Program-made: the position numbers and the translations under genes
NCBI GenBank assembly: GCA_002477545.1
Contig: DLQJ01000007.1
Location: forward strand, 87,188 to 151,187
Direction of reading: 5' to 3'
DNA: 64,000 nt
Origin: Patescibacteria group bacterium UBA7435
Lineage (GTDB): Bacteria; Patescibacteriota; Minisyncoccia; Phycocordibacterales; UBA918
Shown here: positions 56,818 to 64,000 of the stretch, one piece after another
Numbering within the stretch: the first letter of the stretch is position 1
Layout of the letters: each line of letters opens with the position of its first letter
Notes under the pieces: model-generated
The model's input: the letters and a program-made list of their open reading frames with translations, nothing else
Database searches by the model: none
Told to the model about the DNA's origin: nothing

Positions 56818-58029
56818 TTATTTTACCCATTCTAACAGATGCTGATATAAGTCACGGACTTTGCTTGCTACGCCTTTCCAAGAAAGTCGTTTCACTTCAC
56901 GTTGACCTTCCCGAACCAATTGTTGATGCATTACCGGATACCGCATTGTGGCAAGAATTTTATTAGCCATATCCTCAACATCCCAAAAATCAACTTTTAG
57001 TACATGGGTTACCACCTCAGCAACACCGGACTGTTTGGAAATAAGCGACGGTGCACCGTGTTGAATTGCTTCCAGTGGCACCAAACCAAACGGTTCAGAT
57101 ACTGATGGCATCACCACCAAATCGACACTCTGATACATTTGATCACGTTCTTCGTACCAAAGTGCCCCTGCAAACAAAATATGTTGTGAAAGACCCAGTG
57201 CCCCCACCTGTCGCATGATCTGTGCAGTCATGTCCCCTTTGCCTGAAATGACAAAGATAATATTTGGATCATGCTCAATTACTTTCTGTGCAGCTTGGAC
57301 AAAATAATCCACCCCTTTTTGAATCGTGATTCGTCCGTGATACAGAACAATCTTTTTGCCTTGTGCTCGCAGTTCTTGTAGCGTTGGTTCATGTCGCTTT
57401 GGCTCTTGGACATGTACCCCGTTATGCATAACCTGCACTTTCTCTGGATCAGTACCGTACTTATCAACGATAATATTTTTAGTAAATTGACTTACTGCAA
57501 TAACTCGATCGGCCGCATTAAATGCTTCCTGCTCTATACCAAACACCGTTGGGTCAACACTGTTTCCGGCAGCCTGATCAAATGATGTCGCGTGTACGTG
57601 GAGAATCAATGGTCTTCCTGTAGCAACTTTTGCTGCAACTCCAGCAAGATACGAAGTCCAATCGTGTGCATGAATAAGATCAAATGTTTCATTTTTTGCA
57701 ATCTCTGATGCTTTATGAGCAAACGCATGCACTTCAGCAATAAGAGTACTCTGGTACATGCGCCGCACCCCATACTCATCATATACATCCATGCGCGTTT
57801 CTGAGCCTAAATACGGTGCAATAGAAGAGTTAACCTCGTGCACACGGACCATGTGTTCAATGTCAGCAAAAATGAAACGGCCTGACCCTTCTACTGCTTG
57901 TGTTTTTGGCAATACAAAAATAACCTCAACGCCTTGTTCGGCGAGTTCACGTGTCAGACCTTGGCATGCTACGCCGAGTCCTCCTGTTGTGTGTGGCGGG
58001 AAATCCCAACCAAAAGTAAGAACTTTCAT
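56818..58029 (-). CDS. GT-B glycosyltransferase (GT4/GT5), glycogen/alpha-glucan synthase-like
   Basis: 403 aa with N- and C-terminal Rossmann halves; 1 nt from GH57. Confidence 0.65.
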   Translation of the reverse strand: MKVLTFGWDFPPHTTGGLGVACQGLTRELAEQGVEVIFVLPKTQAVEGSGRFIFADIEHMVRVHEVNSSIAPYLGSETRMDVYDEYGVRRMYQSTLIAEVHAFAHKASEIAKNETFDLIHAHDWTSYLAGVAAKVATGRPLILHVHATSFDQAAGNSVDPTVFGIEQEAFNAADRVIAVSQFTKNIIVDKYGTDPEKVQVMHNGVHVQEPKRHEPTLQELRAQGKKIVLYHGRITIQKGVDYFVQAAQKVIEHDPNIIFVISGKGDMTAQIMRQVGALGLSQHILFAGALWYEERDQMYQSVDLVVMPSVSEPFGLVPLEAIQHGAPSLISKQSGVAEVVTHVLKVDFWDVEDMANKILATMRYPVMHQQLVREGQREVKRLSWKGVASKVRDLYQHLLEWVK

Positions 58030-58147
58030 TGCACTAATACACAGATATCACCTTATATAAATTATACATAAAGCGGCCGTCTCAGACGACGCTGTAAGCA
58101 CATTTTAGCATGTACACAGTCTTTATATATTCTCCTTAGTGCGCGTA

Positions 58148-58176
58148 TTGACTCTGGCCACCCACTCTGGTAGTAT
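58148..58176 (+). promoter_or_regulatory. sigma70-type promoter of rpmG (leaderless)
   Basis: TTGACT, 17 nt, TAGTAT; ATG begins 9 nt after the -10. Confidence 0.55.
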
Positions 58177-58185
58177 TTCGCCACT

Positions 58186-58365
58186 ATGTCACAAGATAGA
58201 CTCATTAAGATGATAACAAAGGGAGACGCCAAAGGCGTTGGTAAAGGTCACGTGTACTACACAGTTTTCAATAATAAAAATAAAAAGGATCCAGGAGCGA
58301 AGCACACAGAACGAAAATACAATCCAGTAGCTAAAGCGCATACAGACTACACACAGAAAAAATAA
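58186..58365 (+). CDS. rpmG: 50S ribosomal protein bL33 (Cys-free form), not in the ORF track
   Basis: 59 aa MSQDRLIKMITKGDAKGVGKGHVYYTVFNNKNKK...RKYNPVAKAHTDYTQKK matches the L33 pattern; promoter and terminator present. Confidence 0.7.
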   Translation: MSQDRLIKMITKGDAKGVGKGHVYYTVFNNKNKKDPGAKHTERKYNPVAKAHTDYTQKK

Positions 58366-58367
58366 AT

Positions 58368-58398
58368 AAAGGCCCGCAAGGGCCTATTATTTATTTTG
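58368..58398 (+). terminator. terminator after rpmG
   Basis: aggccc-gcaa-gggcct plus T-rich tail. Confidence 0.55.
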
Positions 58399-58610
58399 CT
58401 CCCGATTTGTACCATCCTAGGACAAATCGCTGGAACCGGAAGTGCAAAATTACGATGAAGATCCATTTACTAACCACAAAGAAGGCCACAAATACAATGA
58501 TAACCAAAAGAAAAGACTCATAGTTGTGTGTCTTTTTTTTGGTTATTTCTTTTGCATTCTTTCATATATTTTGCTATTGTTCAAAATAGAAATTGACCGA
58601 AGGATGAACT

Positions 58611-58964
58611 ATGCATATAGTAAAAAAAGTATCCCCCAGTGGCGTTTGGTGTGAATTTCGCTTTCCCTTCAGAATCGGAAAAATTGAGGAGAACCGATAC
58701 TGGCAACGTTTTTCCACAACATCGCTTACCGGTGGACTGACGAAAAATGAAGATCAACTGATGGCCATCGAAAAACTTAAGATTTTTGGGGAATTGCTCA
58801 AAATATCAAGATTGCCTGTTGACAGAGTCGATATTTGTAATCAGTTCGATAATGCTCTCGAAGTAAAAATTGAAGATGGTCCCAATGCAACTGCCGTAAT
58901 CATATTCAGTGCCGTGGATAAACTTTTAGAACAAGCTTTCCAGCTGGAGGTTACGGTTAAGTAA
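58611..58964 (+). CDS. hypothetical protein (117 aa)
   Basis: ORF with SD aaggatg. Confidence 0.45.
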   Translation: MHIVKKVSPSGVWCEFRFPFRIGKIEENRYWQRFSTTSLTGGLTKNEDQLMAIEKLKIFGELLKISRLPVDRVDICNQFDNALEVKIEDGPNATAVIIFSAVDKLLEQAFQLEVTVK

Positions 58965-58981
58965 CTGTTTTATATTGGCAC

Positions 58982-59009
58982 GATACATAGCAAAAAGGCC
59001 TCCTTGGAG
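58982..59009. terminator. bidirectional terminator
   Basis: aaaaaggcctcc-tt-ggaggcctttttt. Confidence 0.8.
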
Positions 59010-59024
59010 GCCTTTTTTAGAATC

Positions 59025-60053
59025 TTATGCTTCCATCGATGGGTCGTATGTTCCCTGATCCGCCATACTATTCAATCGTAATCGTTTAAGCAAGGCTTCT
59101 TGTGCTGCAGGGATATTTTCATCTTTCCCCATCCAGGCTTGCTGTACCGGCTGTTCGATTCCTCGTGAGAATGAAAATGCGAGCTCCCATGGTAATCCTC
59201 CCATCTGTTCCTCTTGCTCAGCTAATGCGTCAAGATTCTCTGTAGCTCGCTGTGGTGTCTGTCCTCCTGAAAGAAAGACAATTCCCGGTACTGTATCTGG
59301 CACAGTCTTCTGAAAGGTTCGGATAGAGGCTTCAGCGACACCTTTAGGGCTGGTTTGATCTGGATGTTCACTTCCGGCAAGTACCATACTTGATTTAAGG
59401 ATCACTCCTCGTAAATCAACCTTGTACCAAGACATAATTTCAAAAAGTTTCTTCAGTACCTGTGTAGTCACTTCTTCAGCCCGTTCCAATGAATGAGGTC
59501 CGCTAAAGATAATCTCAGGCTCTACAATTGGCACAATACCAACTTCGTGACACAGTGCTGAATATCGCGCTAATGTCATACAGTCGAACAGTGTATTTTG
59601 CTCTGTTGGTGTCGTGTCTGAGATATTAAATACTGTACGGAATTTTGCACCGCGTGCACCCATATCATAATATTCCTGTAAACGATCCTGCAGTCCATCA
59701 AGTCCTTGAGTAACCACCTCCCCTTCAAATCCGTGATGTGGGACTGTTCCCGTATCTACCTTGATGATTGGAATAATTCCTTTAGCAACAAGTAGGTCAG
59801 AAAATTGAACCTGGTCATCAGTGTGGTTACGAATGGTTCCATCATGCAAAATAACACCAGTAACAAATTCTTCGATACCTGGAGTGGTAAACATTAATTG
59901 TCGATACTTCCGTCGGAGCTCAGCTTCAGGTGGTAGCCCTAGGGCTTCAAGTTGTTTATTCATCGTTCGTGGACTCTGGTCCGCTGCTAAAATACCTTTG
60001 TGTGGCGACACGAGCTGCAATGCGATCTCATGGAGTTTTTCTATGTTTGACAT
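59025..60053 (-). CDS. fba: fructose-bisphosphate aldolase, class I
   Basis: GILAADQSPRTMNKQL signature; Schiff-base Lys region; 342 aa. Confidence 0.8.
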   Translation of the reverse strand: MSNIEKLHEIALQLVSPHKGILAADQSPRTMNKQLEALGLPPEAELRRKYRQLMFTTPGIEEFVTGVILHDGTIRNHTDDQVQFSDLLVAKGIIPIIKVDTGTVPHHGFEGEVVTQGLDGLQDRLQEYYDMGARGAKFRTVFNISDTTPTEQNTLFDCMTLARYSALCHEVGIVPIVEPEIIFSGPHSLERAEEVTTQVLKKLFEIMSWYKVDLRGVILKSSMVLAGSEHPDQTSPKGVAEASIRTFQKTVPDTVPGIVFLSGGQTPQRATENLDALAEQEEQMGGLPWELAFSFSRGIEQPVQQAWMGKDENIPAAQEALLKRLRLNSMADQGTYDPSMEA

Positions 60054-60321
60054 GCTTATAGTGTATCAGTAGAACCCTCTCTCGTTAGGACTCCCTGTGG
60101 GTACAAAATCTAACGGGCCAAGTTTCTAATTCATTATATTCATAAGAACTTCCTTTCTTACAGAAACTGTTTAGGTTGTCGCTCTGAAGATCTGGCAACC
60201 TCTTGCGAAAGTATTTTGATACTTTCTCACCCGGCCTCGACTGTTTTTATATTGTGAATAATAAAAACATGTCTCCGACTGTCAAAAGAGTCCAAAAGCA
60301 AAACTGTTTGCTTTCTAGAAT

Positions 60322-60351
60322 AAAACCTGAATTCGTATGAATTCAGGTTTT
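60322..60351. terminator. bidirectional terminator
   Basis: aaaacctgaattc-gtat-gaattcaggtttt. Confidence 0.75.
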
Positions 60352-60360
60352 ATTCTACTC

Positions 60361-61122
60361 TTACGACCTAATCTTCCATCCAATCTTAAATAGATGATTG
60401 ACCAGCGATGCCAGCCCAACAACCAATCCAATGATCAAGAATGCACCAAACGTAGTATCCGCTTCACTTACACCGATCATACTGCTACGAATACCATCTG
60501 CAAAGTAGAAAAATGGATTCCAAAGTGTAATTGTCTGAGCGACCTCTGGAAGCATTGTAATTGAGTAGAAAATACCACCTAAGTATGTCAGCGGTGTAAT
60601 TACAAACGTATTGAGTACTGTCAGCTGTTCAAAACTCTCAGCCCATAATGCGACGATCAATCCCAGCATAGAAAAGATCGCAGCAATTGCAGACACGTAG
60701 AGAATAAAGGCAATTGGGTTAACGAGTGTAACCGCGCCAAAGAAAAGTCCCGTGATAAGAATCAAGAATGCCACCATTAGTGAACGAGCGATTGATCCCG
60801 CAACAAATCCAAAGATCATCTCAAGATATGAAAATGGCGCGATCAAAATCTCCTCAAGTCCTCGTGTAAAGCGCATAAAGTACAGCGAAGATGATGCACT
60901 AGAGAATGATGCATTAATAATTGAGAGCATCAAAACCCCCGGAAATACAAAGGAGATGTATGGCACTCCCGCAATACTATCAATTTTTGATCCAATAACT
61001 GTTCCAAAAATAAAAATGTACAGCGCTGCTGAGATTACCGGTGCAATCAATGTTTGTACAACCACACGGAATGTCCTTTGTACCTCACGTCGAATCATCG
61101 TGTATAAGCCTATTCCATTCAT
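60361..61122 (-). CDS. ABC-2 type transporter permease
   Basis: 253 aa, 6 TM; 2 nt after the ATPase gene. Confidence 0.7.
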   Translation of the reverse strand: MNGIGLYTMIRREVQRTFRVVVQTLIAPVISAALYIFIFGTVIGSKIDSIAGVPYISFVFPGVLMLSIINASFSSASSSLYFMRFTRGLEEILIAPFSYLEMIFGFVAGSIARSLMVAFLILITGLFFGAVTLVNPIAFILYVSAIAAIFSMLGLIVALWAESFEQLTVLNTFVITPLTYLGGIFYSITMLPEVAQTITLWNPFFYFADGIRSSMIGVSEADTTFGAFLIIGLVVGLASLVNHLFKIGWKIRS

Positions 61123-61124
61123 AA

Positions 61125-61877
61125 TTACGATTTTTTATTATCTTCGCGAGTAATTGCAAGGTATGCATCTTCAACTGATTTACCGTCTTTCATAAAGCTT
61201 TCCTTAGTCCCCTGTGCCACAATCCGTCCATGATTGATAATCGCAATGTCCTTACATAGATACTGAATCTCTTCCAAATAGTGTGAGGTAAGAATAATGG
61301 TCTTCCCTCGTTCGTTCATTTCCTTCAGGTATTCCCAGAGATCATGCCGTTGCTCAACATCAACTCCAGCAGTAGGCTCATCAAGAATCAGTAGGTCGGG
61401 TGTATGAATAAGTGCGCGCCCGAGCATTGCTCGCCGTTTCAACCCTCCTGAGAGTTTTTGAAACTTCATATGACGATGATCCTGAAGGTCAAATCGTTCA
61501 ATCATTTCATCAATACGTTCCTGTCGTTCCTTTGCAGGCACACCATAGTATCCGCCCATATAATCCATGAGTTGTTCTGGTGTTGCGAAAATATCCACAT
61601 TGAATTCCTGTGGTGAAAGTCCAACTTTTGTTCGTGCTTCCTTGTAGTCCTTGACTACATCCGTTCCATCAATAGTGATCGTTCCTGAAGTAGGTTGTGC
61701 AATTCCTGTAATACAATGAATTGTCGTGCTCTTCCCTGCCCCATTGGGACCAAGGAGTCCAAAGAAACTCCCCTTTGGAATAGACAATGAAACATTATCT
61801 ACCGCCGTCTTCTCATCCTTCCCCTTCCCATATTTCTTCACGAGATTAGTAATCTCAAGCATTGGTATATCTGACAT
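61125..61877 (-). CDS. ABC transporter ATP-binding protein
   Basis: Walker A GPNGAGKST, LSGG signature, Walker B ILDEPT; start at MSDIPMLEITNL. Confidence 0.85.
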   Translation of the reverse strand: MSDIPMLEITNLVKKYGKGKDEKTAVDNVSLSIPKGSFFGLLGPNGAGKSTTIHCITGIAQPTSGTITIDGTDVVKDYKEARTKVGLSPQEFNVDIFATPEQLMDYMGGYYGVPAKERQERIDEMIERFDLQDHRHMKFQKLSGGLKRRAMLGRALIHTPDLLILDEPTAGVDVEQRHDLWEYLKEMNERGKTIILTSHYLEEIQYLCKDIAIINHGRIVAQGTKESFMKDGKSVEDAYLAITREDNKKS

Positions 61878-61984
61878 GGTAGTAGTATAGCAAAAAAGTA
61901 TCTGGGCGCATCTATGGAGAATTTCTACAGTGATTAGTTTGTTTGATTGACTTTCATTCACTTAAAACGCATAGTTCCTAGACT

Positions 61985-62710
61985 ATGGATCAAGAAGAAC
62001 AGTGGCTACTTACTGAAAAGTACAAAGGCATGGAAAGCGAAGCTTTCCATGCCGACCTGACGCGTCTGCGCGATGGTGAACCGCTTGGGTATGTTATTGG
62101 CTCTGTTCCATTTATAAACTGTGATATCGCTCTTGATTCACACCCGCTGATCCCACGAGTAGAGACTGAATATTGGACTGAAAAAGCCATTACTGAAATA
62201 CAAAAAACAAAAAACTCTACAATGCTCGATCTTTGTGCTGGTTCTGGAGCTATCGGGACGGCGGTTGCTAAAGCAATTCCCGATGTACACGTCACCTTTG
62301 GTGAAATTGATCCTGTACACCTCCCTACTATAATCAGAAATGCTGAGCTCAACGAAATCACACCTGAACGTCTCACTGTAACTGAAAGTAATCTCTTTAA
62401 AAACATTTCGGGGACTTTTGATTTTATCCTGACCAACCCGCCATACATAGACCCCGCGGTTGATCGTGCGGAAGACTCGGTAAAAATGCACGAACCGCAC
62501 CTTGCGCTGTATGGAGGAACTGGTGGGATGGAATGTATTACTCGTATTATCGAGGAAGCTCCGCAGTATCTAAATAAAGACGGACAGCTTTGGATTGAAC
62601 ACGAACCGGAGCAATCAGAAGCCATTACCGCCCTTGCAAACAAAGCTGGATTCCACTGCATTACACACAAAGATCAATACCGTATAGAGCGTTATTCGGT
62701 GCTACAATAA
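61985..62710 (+). CDS. prmC: HemK/PrmC-family SAM-dependent methyltransferase
   Basis: DLCAGSGAIG SAM motif; NPPY motif. Confidence 0.6.
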   Translation: MDQEEQWLLTEKYKGMESEAFHADLTRLRDGEPLGYVIGSVPFINCDIALDSHPLIPRVETEYWTEKAITEIQKTKNSTMLDLCAGSGAIGTAVAKAIPDVHVTFGEIDPVHLPTIIRNAELNEITPERLTVTESNLFKNISGTFDFILTNPPYIDPAVDRAEDSVKMHEPHLALYGGTGGMECITRIIEEAPQYLNKDGQLWIEHEPEQSEAITALANKAGFHCITHKDQYRIERYSVLQ

Positions 62711-62714
62711 ACCC

Positions 62715-62933
62715 ATGATAGACAACACATTTATTACCGATATGCTTCCTATGTTATTTGAAGGAAGTTTTTTTGTGGTTATGCTTGTATTTGTAGGGTT
62801 TTCTTTAAGTATCGCCTATCACTGGTTTTCATACAGTTCAAGTAAATCAACAACAATGATCGCATTATGTGTATACCTCGCAGTCAGTGCAGTATTGTTT
62901 CTTACCATGGCAATAACACTTAACACACTATAG
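62715..62933 (+). CDS. small membrane protein (72 aa)
   Basis: Two TM helices. Confidence 0.4.
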   Translation: MIDNTFITDMLPMLFEGSFFVVMLVFVGFSLSIAYHWFSYSSSKSTTMIALCVYLAVSAVLFLTMAITLNTL

Positions 62934-62935
62934 GT

Positions 62936-63505
62936 ATGTTATACGAAAAAATTCAATTAGAGCGTGATGAAAAAATCATTAAAATTGCACACCGTCACTG
63001 GTTTATATTTTTCACCATAACGTTTAACATTGCCGTTGTATCACTTGCTCCACTACTGGCATGGTTCGCACTGAGTATGCTGACACAAAGTTACGATGCG
63101 ACCATCCACATAGATCTATCTCTATACACCAACTATTTTGTATATTTCTATAGCTTCTGGCTGTTGCTTAACTGGATGACTCTCGCGCATTTATGGACCA
63201 CGCATCATCTAGATATTTGGGTGATTACAGACCGTCGTCTTATCCTTATCGAGCAGATTTCTCTCTTTAAGCGACAGATAGGGAGTTTCCGACTTGAAAA
63301 ACTACAAGACGTTAATATAGAAGTAAACGGTATTATTGCCACCTTCCTTGGGTTCGGAACTATTGAGGCACAAACTGCTGGTGGAAGTGAGACTGAATTT
63401 AGAACCAAACATCTCCCCCGCCCTCGAGAACTTAAGTCGGTCATTCTAAAAGCAGCTGATGAACGCATGAACACACAAAGTGACGTTGACCGAAATGGTG
63501 AATAG
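62936..63505 (+). CDS. membrane protein with bacterial PH (bPH_2/YdbT-like) domain
   Basis: Two N-terminal TM helices then a PH-like domain (WVITDRRLILIEQ). Confidence 0.55.
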   Translation: MLYEKIQLERDEKIIKIAHRHWFIFFTITFNIAVVSLAPLLAWFALSMLTQSYDATIHIDLSLYTNYFVYFYSFWLLLNWMTLAHLWTTHHLDIWVITDRRLILIEQISLFKRQIGSFRLEKLQDVNIEVNGIIATFLGFGTIEAQTAGGSETEFRTKHLPRPRELKSVILKAADERMNTQSDVDRNGE

Positions 63506-63541
63506 TTTGCAATACTAATCTTACTCAACTAAAATCTATAC

Positions 63542-64000
63542 ATGACTAAACTAACAACCAATCCGTATAAAGGCGTACGAGATTTCTATCCTGAAGATAT
63601 GGCAGCACAGCGATACATGTTTGATGTATGGCGAATGACTGCTGAGCATTTTGGTTTTGAACAATACGATGCGTCTATTCTTGAACCTTCAGAGCTCTAC
63701 AAGAGCAAAGGTGCAGTAAATGAGGAAATGGTTAACGAACAAACGTATACATTTACCGATCGTGGGGACCGTGAAGTGACACTACGTCCTGAGATGACAC
63801 CGACTGTCGCGCGGATGGTTGCACACAAACGCCGTGACCTACACTTCCCCGTTCGTTGGTACTCAATTCCAAACCTCTTCCGATACGAACGTATGCAGAG
63901 AGGACGCCTTCGTGAACACTGGCAGTTGAACTGTGATATTTTTGGTGTGGATGATGTTTCTGCTGATATTGAAATCATCTTGCTTGCGAACGAAATCTTC
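63542..64000 (+). CDS. hisS: histidyl-tRNA synthetase, 5' partial (runs off the window)
   Basis: GVRDFYPEDMAA, TLRPEMTPTVAR, FRYERMQRGRLREHWQLNCDIFG class II HisRS motifs. Confidence 0.8.
   Translation, partial: MTKLTTNPYKGVRDFYPEDMAAQRYMFDVWRMTAEHFGFEQYDASILEPSELYKSKGAVNEEMVNEQTYTFTDRGDREVTLRPEMTPTVARMVAHKRRDLHFPVRWYSIPNLFRYERMQRGRLREHWQLNCDIFGVDDVSADIEIILLANEIF

Noticed and set aside
58442-58654. 70-aa plus-strand ORF in the AT-rich spacer after the rpmG terminator
   Set aside because: It overlaps the SD and start of the 58611 gene. Composition is AT-rich. It is likely spurious.
63697-63978. 93-aa minus-strand ORF
   Set aside because: Antisense to the clearly recognisable hisS 5' region.

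Overview
This 64 kb window is bacterial chromosomal sequence of roughly 45-50% GC with compact operons and many clean intrinsic terminators. Many genes appear to be leaderless. No rRNA, CRISPR array, transposase or integrase is visible.

The first ~31 kb is a core housekeeping stretch, mostly on the minus strand:
- a dcw-type cluster (mraZ-rsmH-ftsL-ftsI) whose promoter carries helically phased GTGG repeats;
- uppS, a class I (archaeal-type) lysyl-tRNA synthetase, greA, a rod-shape cluster (mreB-mreC-small membrane protein-PBP2), proS, rseP, frr and a truncated holB-like gene.

Between these lies the part I would look at first: a tightly packed operon of unknown function. It holds a second MreB paralog, a 924-aa FtsK/HerA/VirD4-superfamily P-loop ATPase with a large novel N-terminal domain, a membrane-anchored acidic 531-aa protein, a 102-aa protein and a 531-aa protein with a long Pro/Ala/Val-rich region.

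The plus strand then encodes three more notable genes:
- an unusual XRE-HTH::MurA fusion;
- a PriA-like protein whose helicase motifs are degenerate (no Walker A, no arginine finger);
- a def-fmt pair.

These are followed by hpf, a glutaredoxin, a PEBP-family protein and one tRNA-Asn(GTT).

Downstream of the tRNA (about 31.9-52 kb) the content becomes accessory-like and mostly monocistronic. It includes:
- PhoH2 (PIN-PhoH), CspA, a C-terminal-only PhnA and TspO;
- several DUF membrane proteins and a roughly 680-aa glycine-rich repeat surface protein;
- an alkyltransferase-like (ATL, PWHRV) protein near an AlkC/AlkD-like HEAT-repeat protein, and a YHYH protein;
- a flavoprotein disulfide reductase, a CorC/CNNM protein, a PsiE-like protein, Excalibur and CAP-domain secreted proteins, and truB.

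The last ~11 kb hold an alpha-glucan cluster (GT glycogen-synthase-like, GH57, GH15) with an embedded histone-H1-like Lys/Ala-repeat protein. This is followed by class I fructose-bisphosphate aldolase, an ABC-2 transporter pair, a PrmC/HemK-like methyltransferase and the 5' end of hisS.

Three small genes are absent from the supplied ORF track: ribosomal protein bL33 with a leaderless sigma70-type promoter, a 54-aa two-TM protein, and a possible 49-aa ORF. A bipartite 12+8 nt motif with fixed 14-nt spacing occurs twice near the tRNA, flanking a small basic ORF.
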